A stretch of 64,000 nucleotides of DNA from Clostridia bacterium (lineage in GTDB: Bacteria > Bacillota > Clostridia > Christensenellales > UBA1242): NCBI GenBank assembly GCA_045638465.1, contig JAZUBK010000020.1:27021-91020 (forward strand), written 5' to 3'. The notes beneath the pieces are model-generated. The model had not been told where the DNA came from. It searched no databases and worked only from the letters and a program-made list of their open reading frames with translations. Positions 1 through 9,770 of the stretch are shown here, piece after piece; the stretch's first letter is position 1, and each line of letters opens with the position of its first letter. The translations under genes and the position numbers were made by a program.

Positions 1-1577
1 GTGCAAAAGAAGGAGAACTTCCTATTGTAAATAGCGACTGTGGTTTGATTACAGATAGAGAAATTGATAAACTATCAAGCTCGTATAAAATAGAGCCTAG
101 CATCAAAACCATCAACCAAAGAGAAAGATTCAAATTGTTTAATCTTTTAACAACGCCAACTGATTCTTTGCACATTTCTTATTCAAAAGGCCTTGACGAA
201 AAGACCTTCGAAGCGGGTTTTGTAAAACAACTTAAAAATATGTTTTATATAGTAACCGCAAAGGGCAAAGAACCTCTTGAGATGTTAGATGATGATTACA
301 ACTATTTTACTTTCTGCGAAAAACTAGGCAGTATGCCTCACGCAGAAAAAATACTTGCAGGATTTATTCGCAATATAGAAGATGGCGTCAGATATACAAA
401 CGAAGATGACATAGCATCTTTATTTACTGTTATTTCGGATAAAAAGCCACACTTGAAGAGTTATAAAAACATAACTAATTATAAAAAAGAAAACACTATC
501 AAAAGCAACTTATTCTTTGGCAAAGGAACAATAAGTGTTTCTGAGGCAGAAAGATACTATGCGTGTCCTTTTAAACACTTTGTTGATTATGGACTAAAGC
601 TAAAAGAAAATAGGGTAGAGTCTTTTGACAATATGCAAGTCGGAAACTTTTTGCATAAGGTGGCAGAAGTATTTGTAAAAGATAATATGGGGGCTTTCCC
701 GCTATCACAAAAAGATATTGTAGATAAAGTTGCGGAGATTTGTGATAAGGTGCTAGATAGTGAGGAGTTTTCTAAGCTTAAAGAAAATGGGGATAATATC
801 CTATCTATAATCAGCATCAAAAAAGAAGCGGTGCGTATGTGCAAGGCAATAAACTATCAAATAGAAAGTTCTGAGTTTAGGCCTATACTTACAGAAGCTC
901 GTTTTGATAGCTCAAACACAATAAAAAGTGTAGAGATAATAGTAGATGATAAAAAGTTAAAAATAGTAGGAGCTATAGATAGGGTAGATGCTTTTGATAA
1001 GTATTTTAGAATAATAGACTACAAAACAGGCAAGTGCGATAGCTCTTTAAAAGAACTTTACTTTGGTAAAAAGTTGCAACTATATGTTTATCAACACGTA
1101 ACTGAGCAAAGCCTAAAGTTAAAACCAGCAGGGGCGTATTATTTCCCTGTAAAAAATAGTTATAATAGTTTGGACGAAAGTGGAAATTATGCATATAAGC
1201 TAAAAGGTTATACTGATAGTAGTGATGATGTAATAATTGCTAGTGACAAAAACCTAAATGATAATTTGGACAGCGATATTATCAGTGTATCTAAGAAAAA
1301 AGGCGGCGGATACTATGCAAAGAGCGAAGTGATGGAAAGCGGTGATATATTGGCCTTAGCGGAGTATGCGATGGAGGCTTTGAAAGTTGCAACCTCTGAG
1401 ATTTTGTCTGGAAACATCACTCCGACACCACTTGGTAAAAACGAGGAAGAGGGTTGTAAATATTGCCCATACAAAGGCATATGCCGATTTGACGAAAGTA
1501 TAGGTGATAGAGTAAGAACCATGAGTGAAGCAATAGAGATAGAAACTATAAGGGGGAGTTTAGATGGCAAAGATTGA
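1..1577 (+). CDS. addB: AddB/RexB helicase-nuclease subunit B, C-terminal ~520 aa (5' end outside window)
   Basis: Frame is open from nt 3 with no stop before the listed start at 45. Nuclease-type motif GAIDRVD...IIDYKTG. Cys cluster ACPF...CKYCPYKGIC is typical of the AddB Fe-S domain. Overlaps addA by 14 nt. Confidence 0.85.
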   Translation, partial: AKEGELPIVNSDCGLITDREIDKLSSSYKIEPSIKTINQRERFKLFNLLTTPTDSLHISYSKGLDEKTFEAGFVKQLKNMFYIVTAKGKEPLEMLDDDYNYFTFCEKLGSMPHAEKILAGFIRNIEDGVRYTNEDDIASLFTVISDKKPHLKSYKNITNYKKENTIKSNLFFGKGTISVSEAERYYACPFKHFVDYGLKLKENRVESFDNMQVGNFLHKVAEVFVKDNMGAFPLSQKDIVDKVAEICDKVLDSEEFSKLKENGDNILSIISIKKEAVRMCKAINYQIESSEFRPILTEARFDSSNTIKSVEIIVDDKKLKIVGAIDRVDAFDKYFRIIDYKTGKCDSSLKELYFGKKLQLYVYQHVTEQSLKLKPAGAYYFPVKNSYNSLDESGNYAYKLKGYTDSSDDVIIASDKNLNDNLDSDIISVSKKKGGGYYAKSEVMESGDILALAEYAMEALKVATSEILSGNITPTPLGKNEEEGCKYCPYKGICRFDESIGDRVRTMSEAIEIETIRGSLDGKD

Positions 1578-4500
1578 TTTTACAAAATCGCAACAAGATG
1601 TAATAGACCATAACGGCAATAACTTACTTGTTTTTGCTAGTGCTGGTAGCGGAAAAACTGCAGTAATTATTGAAAAAATTGCTCAAAGCATAATATCAGG
1701 CTCAACCACCTTAGACAAACTACTTGTAGTTACCTTTACAGAATCTGCAACCGCAGAAATGAAACAAAGACTTTATGATAAACTAAGTGAAAACATAGAT
1801 AAGCCAAATATAAAAGATGAGATAGAAAAACTATCTCTTGCAGATATTTCAACCTTACATGGTTTTTGCCAAAGGTTAATCAAACAATACTTTTTTGAAC
1901 TAGATATAGAGCCTACTTTTTCTATCTTTAGTGATGAAGAAGCTAACTTTTATAAAATCAAGGCTATCGACTATCTTTTGAGAGAAAAGCAAGAGCAAGG
2001 AGCAGATAGTTTTATATCTTTGTGCGAAATGTTTTATAATAACAGAAGTCTTGTATCGCTAAAATCAAATGTTTTAGACTTTTATAACTTTTTGCAATCC
2101 CTAGATAACAAAGACGAATATATGTCTATAACAGCAACTTCTTGTTATACAACCGACCTAAAAAAGAATAATGCTTGTAAGTTTGTTGTTGAGAGATTTT
2201 CAAAAGACTATTTATATTTCAAAACAGCTTTTGATTCTCTAAAAATAGTAAGCCAACAAGCTGGAGAAGAAAAGGTCACAAAAGCAATAGAAGTTGTGAC
2301 AGATGTTCTAACAAAAACTAAAATTAAAACTTTTGAAGAGATGTTTGAATACTTCAAAGTTTTAGACAAAATAAAAAGTCCGTTTGGGCTAAAAGTTCAA
2401 AGTGATATATTAAAGGAAGCCCGTAGTTTGTGGGCTGCATTAGGGGCTTTAATTGATGACTTTTTCAAGATATGTGGCGAAGATGAAGACATAACCAAAA
2501 TTGCCGAAAATATCAAAGCATCAGAACCTGCAGTAAGAGAGTTTCTTTCTTTAGTTTCGGACTTTGAAAAAGAATATACAAAAATCAAAAAACAAAAAAA
2601 GGCACTTGACTTTGACGACTTAGAAAAGTATGCTTTGAAACTTTTAGAGAACGAAAAACTAAGAGAGTCTATACAAGAAAAATACGATGTTTTGTACATA
2701 GATGAATACCAAGATATCAATAGTAAGCAAGAGAAGATTTTGTCTTATGTTACATCTGGTGACAATATGGTAATGGTCGGCGACCTAAAACAAAGTATTT
2801 ATGGTTTCCGTAATAGTTCGCCAGAAATATTAATTTATAAAACTGCCCTTTACAAAAAAAGTGTCGGCGGAAAGTTAATCACCCTAAAAGAAAATTTCCG
2901 TAGTAATCCTATAATACTAGATTTCGTTAACAAAATATTCAATAGAGTAATGAAAGAAAACTTCGGTGGAATAGATTACAAAAAAGACGGTGCTTTCAAA
3001 GGGGCTGCTAAATACAAAAAAGTAGATGATTACAAAGAAGTTTCAATAGACTTTATTAAATATAAAGATAGAGAAAAGAAAGAGACTTACTTTGGCGATG
3101 TATATTCGGTAAAAAATGATAATCGATCAGCATATGTTCGCAGCGTAGCAAAAGTAGAGGCAAAGGTTATCGCTGAAAAAATCAAAAAGATGCTTGGCAA
3201 ACCTTATTATGACGCCAAGAAAAAAGATTTCTTCCCGCTAGAGTATAAAAATTTTACTATACTATGTAGGAGCAAATCTTATATCAAAGAACTTGCTATG
3301 TATTTGCAAAAGTACGAAATACCATGTGTTTCAAAAACTTCTGATAATATATACAATAACCCTGATGTTTTGTTCTTGCTAAATATCCTAAAGGTTGTAA
3401 ATAATCCTCAAGACGATTTAGCTTTGGCATCAATTTTGTCTTCACCATTTTTTGGAATAAAATTTGATGACCTAGCCACAATCAAGAAAAATACAAATCA
3501 AGAATATTTTTATGATTGTGTAAAAGAATATTTGGATAATAATAAAAACGACCTTACTTGCAAATTAAATGAGGCTTATAGCCTTGTATATAAACTAAGA
3601 GAAATGAAAGATTTTTCTACTATATACGATTTGCTTATTTATGCAGATAGGGTTTTGGGTATTTTGAATTATTATTTGCTTTTGCCAGATGGTAGAGCAA
3701 AACATAAAGTATTACAAAACTTTATTGAGCAATTTAACTTTGTGCCATACAATAATGACATTAACGAATATCTAAATTATGTAGATAGTTACCTAAAAGA
3801 TACTGAGATTACTATGGTATCTCCTAGCGGTGATGATTGTGTACATATTGACACAATACACTCAAGCAAAGGTCTTGAGTATGAAGTTGTTTTTGTTGCT
3901 GGTTGTGGCAAACAATTTTCAAACATTACAACACGACAAGATATTTTGAGAGACAAAGATTTGGGCGTGGGAATCAACGCTTATGATATCGACGAACATA
4001 TCAAGTACAAAACTTTGACCAAACAAGCAATAATCGAAAAAGTAAGATTGCAAGAAAAGTTGGAAGAGAGTAGACTTTTATATGTTGCTCTAACACGCGC
4101 AAAAAATTCACTAAATATTATTTGTTCTTTTGATACAGATAATATAGAAGAATTAAGTGAGTATGCAATACGCAAATCTAATAAATATGCAAACTGGATT
4201 CTTGCGGCTTTTGAAAAACCGCTTATCGATAATATAAGAACTTGCGAAGAAGAAAAGACCTTTAACTATAATGACCACTATGAAGTAAATGTTCATTTGC
4301 CAGAAAAATTATTTGAGGTGGAAGAGCTTGTTAATGTAGAAGACGTACTGCTTTGTAGTGGAAGCAAAGTAACTGAGATAAAAGAATATTTAGAGAAAGA
4401 ATATCCTTACAAAGATAGTTTTTCTATCGCTCAAAAAAATACTGTAACTAGTCTTATGATGTTAGAGGCTGAAAGTAGTGAAAGTCTAAATCCAGCCCCA

Positions 4501-5040
4501 AGAAAATTTGGTACAGATGAGCACTCTGCAAAAGCTCTTATTGATTACGCACTGCTTGGAACAATTTATCATAAGATTTTGCAAGAGATAGATTTTGAAA
4601 TTGATAGCGTAGAGAAGGTTGATGATTTTGTAAAATTGTGCAAAGAAAACGACAGTCAAAACGCTCCATATTATGATAAAGTAGATTGCAAAAAAATATT
4701 TACCTGCATAAAAAATATTGCCCCTTTGATTAGAAATAAAGAGGTAGAAAAAGAAAAACAATTTATTGCATATTTGCCTCATAAAGATATTATCGAAGGA
4801 AGCTTACTTGAGGATAAAGTATTATTGCAAGGTGTAATCGACCTAATGGTCGGAAATGGCGGAAATGTAGATATTATCGACTATAAAACAACTAGGGTGG
4901 AAAAACCCGAACAACTGGTCGAAAAATATTATGTTCAGATGAAATTGTATAAACTGGCAGTAGAACGTGCGGTCGGAAAAATGGTTAAAAATGTTTATAT
5001 TTACTCTCTGCACTTAGACACTTTAATAAAAATAATTTAA
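1564..5040 (+). CDS. addA: AddA/RexA ATP-dependent helicase-nuclease subunit A
   Basis: 1158 aa. UvrD-type motifs FASAGSGKT, YIDEYQD, VGDLKQSIYGFR. C-terminal nuclease motif QGVIDLM...IIDYKT. SD agggggag upstream. Confidence 0.9.
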   Translation: MAKIDFTKSQQDVIDHNGNNLLVFASAGSGKTAVIIEKIAQSIISGSTTLDKLLVVTFTESATAEMKQRLYDKLSENIDKPNIKDEIEKLSLADISTLHGFCQRLIKQYFFELDIEPTFSIFSDEEANFYKIKAIDYLLREKQEQGADSFISLCEMFYNNRSLVSLKSNVLDFYNFLQSLDNKDEYMSITATSCYTTDLKKNNACKFVVERFSKDYLYFKTAFDSLKIVSQQAGEEKVTKAIEVVTDVLTKTKIKTFEEMFEYFKVLDKIKSPFGLKVQSDILKEARSLWAALGALIDDFFKICGEDEDITKIAENIKASEPAVREFLSLVSDFEKEYTKIKKQKKALDFDDLEKYALKLLENEKLRESIQEKYDVLYIDEYQDINSKQEKILSYVTSGDNMVMVGDLKQSIYGFRNSSPEILIYKTALYKKSVGGKLITLKENFRSNPIILDFVNKIFNRVMKENFGGIDYKKDGAFKGAAKYKKVDDYKEVSIDFIKYKDREKKETYFGDVYSVKNDNRSAYVRSVAKVEAKVIAEKIKKMLGKPYYDAKKKDFFPLEYKNFTILCRSKSYIKELAMYLQKYEIPCVSKTSDNIYNNPDVLFLLNILKVVNNPQDDLALASILSSPFFGIKFDDLATIKKNTNQEYFYDCVKEYLDNNKNDLTCKLNEAYSLVYKLREMKDFSTIYDLLIYADRVLGILNYYLLLPDGRAKHKVLQNFIEQFNFVPYNNDINEYLNYVDSYLKDTEITMVSPSGDDCVHIDTIHSSKGLEYEVVFVAGCGKQFSNITTRQDILRDKDLGVGINAYDIDEHIKYKTLTKQAIIEKVRLQEKLEESRLLYVALTRAKNSLNIICSFDTDNIEELSEYAIRKSNKYANWILAAFEKPLIDNIRTCEEEKTFNYNDHYEVNVHLPEKLFEVEELVNVEDVLLCSGSKVTEIKEYLEKEYPYKDSFSIAQKNTVTSLMMLEAESSESLNPAPRKFGTDEHSAKALIDYALLGTIYHKILQEIDFEIDSVEKVDDFVKLCKENDSQNAPYYDKVDCKKIFTCIKNIAPLIRNKEVEKEKQFIAYLPHKDIIEGSLLEDKVLLQGVIDLMVGNGGNVDIIDYKTTRVEKPEQLVEKYYVQMKLYKLAVERAVGKMVKNVYIYSLHLDTLIKII

Positions 5041-5068
5041 TTATTTTTTTAAAATGTCGCAAAATAAT

Positions 5069-5096
5069 TTGTAAATAAAAAAAAGTATGTTATACT
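5069..5096 (+). promoter_or_regulatory. Putative sigma-A type promoter TTGTAA-16-TGtTATACT
   Basis: Hexamers read directly. Extended -10 TG at 5088-5089. Lies 30 nt upstream of the ATG at 5127. Confidence 0.4.
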
Positions 5097-5126
5097 AACT
5101 GCAGAAAATATTTTTAGGAGAGTATT

Positions 5127-7085
5127 ATGAACATATTTGATACAGTTGCAAATATTATCAGAAGTGCTGCTGACTTCTTAGGATTTCAATATTTGGCAAT
5201 AATCATACTTGGCCTTATGCTACTTGCTATGCTTATCATGATCATGGGTATCCGCTCATCATATGAAAGCAAGATTTTGAAATCTATTGATAGATTCAAC
5301 AAGTACTTTTCAAGAAAGCCATTTATCACTGATGAGAACTTGGTAGAGTTTAACAGCAAAATGAAAGACGTACCAAAGACTCTTAGAACTCGTTGGCAAA
5401 TGTATATGCTAAACAGAGATGATGCCCCAACAAAATATATCAACATTCATACTTGCGTAGAAAGACCACTTAGAACAAGTCTTATCGATAGAGACGTTCA
5501 AAACTTCTACTTGTTTGTTGGTTTACTTCTTGGTGTATCTTTACTATTTGGATTTGGTGCTGTAGACGGAACACTTACTGTTGGTGAGATTATGTACAGA
5601 GTAGGTCTTATCCCTGCAGTAACACTTTTGATTGGTGTTGTGTTTGCTTTGATTGTAAGAGCATGGAAAAATGCGTTACAAGCCGACCTTTTTGAAAACT
5701 TCCATATTTTTGAACAGTCGTTGACTAGAGCAGTAACTACACTACCAGCTTATGTAGACTATGAAATTTTGTTCTCAAGAAAAGAAATCAAAAATGGTAT
5801 TCCGATTTTGCAACAATATCTTGAAAAGAGAGATTTGCAAGAACAACAAGAACTTGAAAAAGCAAGAGTTAATGCTGTAGAAGTTGAAACTTATAACTTT
5901 GAAGAACTTGGCATCAATGGTTCTTTGGTTTTGGATAGAGCGATGAAAGAGTGCGAAACATTTATTAGTAACCGTAGAAGACTTACTATTGAATGTGGAC
6001 AAATTCAATCAGAAAAAGATAGCTTTACTAAAAACTATGAAACTGCTGAAAAAGATTACCAAAGAAAACTTCAATCAAGTAGAGAAAACTTGGATAGTTT
6101 GAAACAACAACAAGAACAAGCAACAAACCGTATCGAAGGTAACTATATCAGAAAGCAAATTCAAGACGAAATCAAAAAGCAACAACAAATTGAAAAAGAT
6201 AGCGATGAAGCTGCTGCAAGATATAAAGAAGAGCAAGTTGCTCTTGACGAAAAGATCGCTCAAAGAAAAGCAGAGATCGAAGAAAAGAGAAAGTATGTTG
6301 AAACAGTTATGTTGTCAGAGTTCAAAAACTATGCTAACGTTATGTACAAAAAACTTATGGACGCAGCCGTAAAATCAAATGCTGCTAAACTTGAAAAGTT
6401 GTCTGTAGAAAACGAAGAGCTAAAAGAACTTCTTAAAACTTTCCAAACTAACAAGATTGACGTATTTACACTTATTGATAATATTGAAACAAAAGCTGAA
6501 CAAAGTGTTGAGGACAAAGGTTTGTATGATACAGACGAAATCTCAATTCCTCAAAGGTTATATGATGAAAACGGTGAAGCTAGTGAAATCGTAGAAAAAT
6601 CAGAATCTGGCCCTTCACTAGAAGAGATCCAAAAGGCTGAGCAATCAACTTATGTTTCAGAAAATAGCCAACCAGCTCCAGCACCAGCTGAGACTAGTGG
6701 AAACGAACTAGATGATATCCAAAAACAAATCGAGAAAGAAAGTGAAAACTTGTTCAAACAAAAACAAGAACTAAACGAAAGTATCGATAACATATCAAAA
6801 ATGGACGATGGTGACGATGACGAGGACGAGGGCCAAAAACCAGAAGCTGAAGAAGCCCCAGCACCTGCACCAAAACCAGCTCCAAAACCTGCAGCTCCAA
6901 AACCAGCAGCTAAACCTGCTCCAAAACCTGCAGCACCAAAACCAGCGGCTCCAAAACCAGCAGCTAAACCTGCTGCACCAAAACCTGCAGCAAAACCAGC
7001 GGCTAAACCTGCTAAAAAATCTGGTGATGATATGGACGATATCAGCAACGAAATGGAAAACTTGCTAAACTCTCTAAATGATTAA
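5127..7085 (+). CDS. Hypothetical membrane protein: 3 predicted TM helices, long coiled coil, acidic stretch and C-terminal (A)PKPA(A) repeat tail
   Basis: 652 aa with SD aggagag. Hydrophobic segments IILGLMLLAMLIMIMGI, FYLFVGLLLGVSLLFGFGAV and LIPAVTLLIGVVFALIV. E/K/Q-rich heptad-like middle. No recognisable enzyme motif. Confidence 0.6.
   Translation: MNIFDTVANIIRSAADFLGFQYLAIIILGLMLLAMLIMIMGIRSSYESKILKSIDRFNKYFSRKPFITDENLVEFNSKMKDVPKTLRTRWQMYMLNRDDAPTKYINIHTCVERPLRTSLIDRDVQNFYLFVGLLLGVSLLFGFGAVDGTLTVGEIMYRVGLIPAVTLLIGVVFALIVRAWKNALQADLFENFHIFEQSLTRAVTTLPAYVDYEILFSRKEIKNGIPILQQYLEKRDLQEQQELEKARVNAVEVETYNFEELGINGSLVLDRAMKECETFISNRRRLTIECGQIQSEKDSFTKNYETAEKDYQRKLQSSRENLDSLKQQQEQATNRIEGNYIRKQIQDEIKKQQQIEKDSDEAAARYKEEQVALDEKIAQRKAEIEEKRKYVETVMLSEFKNYANVMYKKLMDAAVKSNAAKLEKLSVENEELKELLKTFQTNKIDVFTLIDNIETKAEQSVEDKGLYDTDEISIPQRLYDENGEASEIVEKSESGPSLEEIQKAEQSTYVSENSQPAPAPAETSGNELDDIQKQIEKESENLFKQKQELNESIDNISKMDDGDDDEDEGQKPEAEEAPAPAPKPAPKPAAPKPAAKPAPKPAAPKPAAPKPAAKPAAPKPAAKPAAKPAKKSGDDMDDISNEMENLLNSLND
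6856..7015 (+). repeat. Imperfect tandem ~15-nt (and 12-nt) repeats gcNccaaaaccNgcN encoding PKPAA/AKPA units
   Basis: Read directly: ccaaaacc(a/t)gc recurs about 10 times in phase inside the 5127..7085 CDS. Confidence 0.8.
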
Positions 7086-7135
7086 TTATAACTGAGATTT
7101 TAGGTAACAGTTTTACTTTTGATTAAATAACAAAT

Positions 7136-7170
7136 AAAAAGAGATAGTTTCTTAGGCTATCTCTTTTTTT
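7136..7170. terminator. Bidirectional intrinsic terminator between convergent genes
   Basis: Arms aaaaagagatag (7136-7147) and ctatctcttttt (7157-7168), 9-nt loop, with T-runs on both strands. Confidence 0.75.
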
Positions 7171-7955
7171 TATTTCATTTTGCTAAAGACTGCAAGTTCT
7201 ACTAGTTTATTATGAGATTTTGCTGCAAGTAAAATCTTTTCGGTAATTAGGCAATCTTTTTTTGCGATTATTTCGTTGTTTGTTCCGTATATTGTTTTTG
7301 CTAGTTTTCTGCCAAGCAAATAGTTTTGGCTAGTGATCATTCTTTGAGGTAAAGGATTTTCGCTTATTTTATAATTTTGTTTAGGTTTGAGATCTATATT
7401 GTCAAACTCAATTTTTGGTATTTTATCATCTATTATTTCGGGAACTTTAGGAAGTATTTTCACAAGGTCTAGTTGTGTTGGTTTTGGCATAACCTTTGGC
7501 TTATAGTTATCTTTACTATATTTTGCACCGCTTGAGTTAATAATAAGGTTATTTTCGCCAAAACTAATTATAGAACCAGGGGTGTATTCTTGGTTTTCTA
7601 CAATTATTTTTTCTATTTTGTAATTATTGCCTAATATCATATCTGAAACAACACCTAGTTTGTCGCCTTCTAGATTGTAAACTTCGTTGTTGATTTGATT
7701 ATTATAGTTTATTTTTGTAGCAAACAAAGAAGGAAGCAAACCTTCGCTATTTTTAATAGTAATTGCGTTTTTGCCTATTTTGTAGACTTTGCTTATAGAT
7801 AGTATACACTCTTCGCCGTCTTCGTCTTCAAACAATATAAGGTCGGTGGCTTTTTTTAGCTTTTCGTCAAAACATATATTTTTTACGGTGCCTTCAAGTT
7901 TGCCGTTGTATAAATTAATTACAGGTTTTGAAATAATCTCTGTTACGTTGTACAT
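7170..7955 (-). CDS. Hypothetical protein, PRC-barrel-like N-terminal repeats
   Basis: 261 aa. Two segments resemble PRC-barrel/YlmC-type folds (KPVINLYNGKLEGTVKNICFD; EVYNLEGDKLGVVSDMILG). Assigned by eye only. Confidence 0.4.
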   Translation of the reverse strand: MYNVTEIISKPVINLYNGKLEGTVKNICFDEKLKKATDLILFEDEDGEECILSISKVYKIGKNAITIKNSEGLLPSLFATKINYNNQINNEVYNLEGDKLGVVSDMILGNNYKIEKIIVENQEYTPGSIISFGENNLIINSSGAKYSKDNYKPKVMPKPTQLDLVKILPKVPEIIDDKIPKIEFDNIDLKPKQNYKISENPLPQRMITSQNYLLGRKLAKTIYGTNNEIIAKKDCLITEKILLAAKSHNKLVELAVFSKMK

Positions 7956-8068
7956 ATGTCCTCCTAGATAATAAATGTATATGACGCCAAAAACTTTTTT
8001 AGTATTTTTTTGTGGTGTTTTTTTTGATAATATGTTATGATTTAGATATATTTATAAAGGAGCTATCA

Positions 8069-9475
8069 ATGGGACTTTTTGGTGCGATCAAAAATAAACT
8101 TACAGATACAATTACCTTAAATGATAGTCAAAAAGGCCTTTTGACAAGATACAAGCTAAAAAATGATTCGTTAAAAATTAATCAAGAAGTTGTTGTAAAT
8201 GAAGATTTTGAGGTTGTTACTTGTTATTATGATCAGGTTTGTGATGTCTTGACTCCTGGTAAATATAAATTTAATGACGTACATATGCCAAAACTTTATA
8301 AAAACGTCAAAGCAAAAAAGACAAAGAAAGGTTTTGAGACTCCAAAATCACTACCTGCAGATTTGTATTATGTAAGTAAAACAATGTTTGGTGGGCTGAC
8401 ATTTAAAACCCCATACCGCTTTAAAATGAGAAATGGTGCAAAACTTATCAAAGTAAAAGTGGCTGGAGAGTTTAATATAACAGTTGTTGATAGTTATAAG
8501 TTTTTGAACTCAATGCTTATGGATTATTCGACAATTAACTCAGATCAAGCAAAAAAAGAAATTGGTGCATATGTGGCGTATGCTATTTTGAAATATTCAC
8601 AAAAGAATATTCACAGTGCAAATGAGTTTAGTAATAACGATGCTGCTTTAATAGAACAAATGACTCAGGTTATCGAAAAGGAACTAAAATCTATAGGCCT
8701 TACAATGTCTGATTTCAAAATTACCGAGATTATACCGCCTATAGATGCAGAAAATATTGAGCCAGTAAAGAAAACTGACAAAACACTTGATGACATTTTT
8801 AACACTATCTACAATGGTGAAAAGAAAGCTGAGGAAGAAACAGAGAAAAAAGAAGCCTCAGAAGTGTTTGTCGGACAAAAAACAAATAGTGGTGAGGCGC
8901 AAATGTCAACTGCTAGTGTTATAAACCTTGGCTTTGGACCTTCAGGGCTGTCTGCAACCACTCAACCAAAGACAGAGGAGAGAAACTCAACTGTAGATGA
9001 GTATGAAAAAGCGTCAAAATCGTTTAATGATGATTTAATGGCAAAGCGTCAACAAAATCTTGTCTTTTTAAATAGTGGAGCAGAGCAAAAGCCTCAAACC
9101 CTAGAGCAAAAAAGCGATGATATAAAGAAAGATGACATTATGCTAGGCCGAAATACTATTGGCACAATAGATACTTTGGGCAAGGTAGATATTGCAGATG
9201 ATTTTGTCCAAGCGAATAGAAAGATAGAGTTAGAGGCTTTGAAGAAAAGCCTGGAAGAGCCTGAAAAAGAAATAAAAAGGCCAAAAGTTTTGAAAGAAGG
9301 TCAAGAGTCGAAGGTAGAAAAAACTTGTAGGTCTTGTGGGGCAAAATACACTATAAAAGATAAGTTTTGTCCAAAGTGTGGAAAGAGCACGTTATCTGTT
9401 AGGTATTGTAAGGCTTGTGGAGAGCCAAATGACGATACAGCGCTACTTTGCAAAACTTGTGGAAGTAGGTTATAA
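8069..9475 (+). CDS. SPFH-domain (YdjI/COG4260-like) protein with C-terminal double zinc ribbon
   Basis: Start moved to ATG 8069 (MGLFGAIKNKL), preceded by aaaggag. The C-terminus has CRSCG...CPKCG and CKACG...CKTCG pairs. Layout matches the 'virion core protein-like' SPFH family. Confidence 0.55.
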   Translation: MGLFGAIKNKLTDTITLNDSQKGLLTRYKLKNDSLKINQEVVVNEDFEVVTCYYDQVCDVLTPGKYKFNDVHMPKLYKNVKAKKTKKGFETPKSLPADLYYVSKTMFGGLTFKTPYRFKMRNGAKLIKVKVAGEFNITVVDSYKFLNSMLMDYSTINSDQAKKEIGAYVAYAILKYSQKNIHSANEFSNNDAALIEQMTQVIEKELKSIGLTMSDFKITEIIPPIDAENIEPVKKTDKTLDDIFNTIYNGEKKAEEETEKKEASEVFVGQKTNSGEAQMSTASVINLGFGPSGLSATTQPKTEERNSTVDEYEKASKSFNDDLMAKRQQNLVFLNSGAEQKPQTLEQKSDDIKKDDIMLGRNTIGTIDTLGKVDIADDFVQANRKIELEALKKSLEEPEKEIKRPKVLKEGQESKVEKTCRSCGAKYTIKDKFCPKCGKSTLSVRYCKACGEPNDDTALLCKTCGSRL

Positions 9476-9518
9476 AATAAACAAAAAAACAAACAATAAA
9501 TTTTAAGGAGAGATAATT

Positions 9519-9770
9519 ATGGTTAATAAAGATATGACAGTAGGAGAAATTTTGGGTAAATATTCTAACGCAAAAGAAATCTTGGGTGGGTTTGGACTTC
9601 ATTGTTTTGGTTGTCCTATGAGCCAAATGGAAACAATTGAACAAGCTGCAGCAGCGCACGGCGTAGAACTTGATTTTATGCTAAAGAAACTAAATGAAGA
9701 TTTAGAGGCTCAAGACAAAGCCCCTGCTAAAAAATCTTGCGGTTGCAAATCTAAAAAAGGCACTAAATAA
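9519..9770 (+). CDS. DUF1858 / hybrid-cluster-protein-associated redox disulfide domain protein
   Basis: 83 aa. TVGEILGKYSNAKEILGGFGLHCFGCPMSQMETIEQAA matches the characteristic CxGCP core of DUF1858. SD aaggagag. Confidence 0.65.
   Translation: MVNKDMTVGEILGKYSNAKEILGGFGLHCFGCPMSQMETIEQAAAAHGVELDFMLKKLNEDLEAQDKAPAKKSCGCKSKKGTK

Noticed and set aside
4836-4853. An 18-nt exact match (aatcgacctaatggtcgg) between the addA coding region and palindrome copy 1 at 53685..53702. A permuted version (taatggtcggcgacctaa) lies at 2771..2788.
   Set aside because: In addA both occurrences encode D-L and M-V-G using preferred codons, so the coding copies are explained by codon usage. I treat the match as coincidence, not as evidence of a mobile element.
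6856-7015. A CRISPR-like periodic repeat
   Set aside because: The period is 12-15 nt with no spacers, it lies inside a CDS and is in phase with codons. No CRISPR array or cas gene is present anywhere in the window.
6190-7068. ORFs 6190..6372(+), 6650..7048(-) and 6808..7068(+), which overlap the coiled-coil/PKPA repeat region
   Set aside because: They are frame-shifted or antisense readings of a repetitive, stop-poor sequence. The long frame 5127..7085 explains the region.
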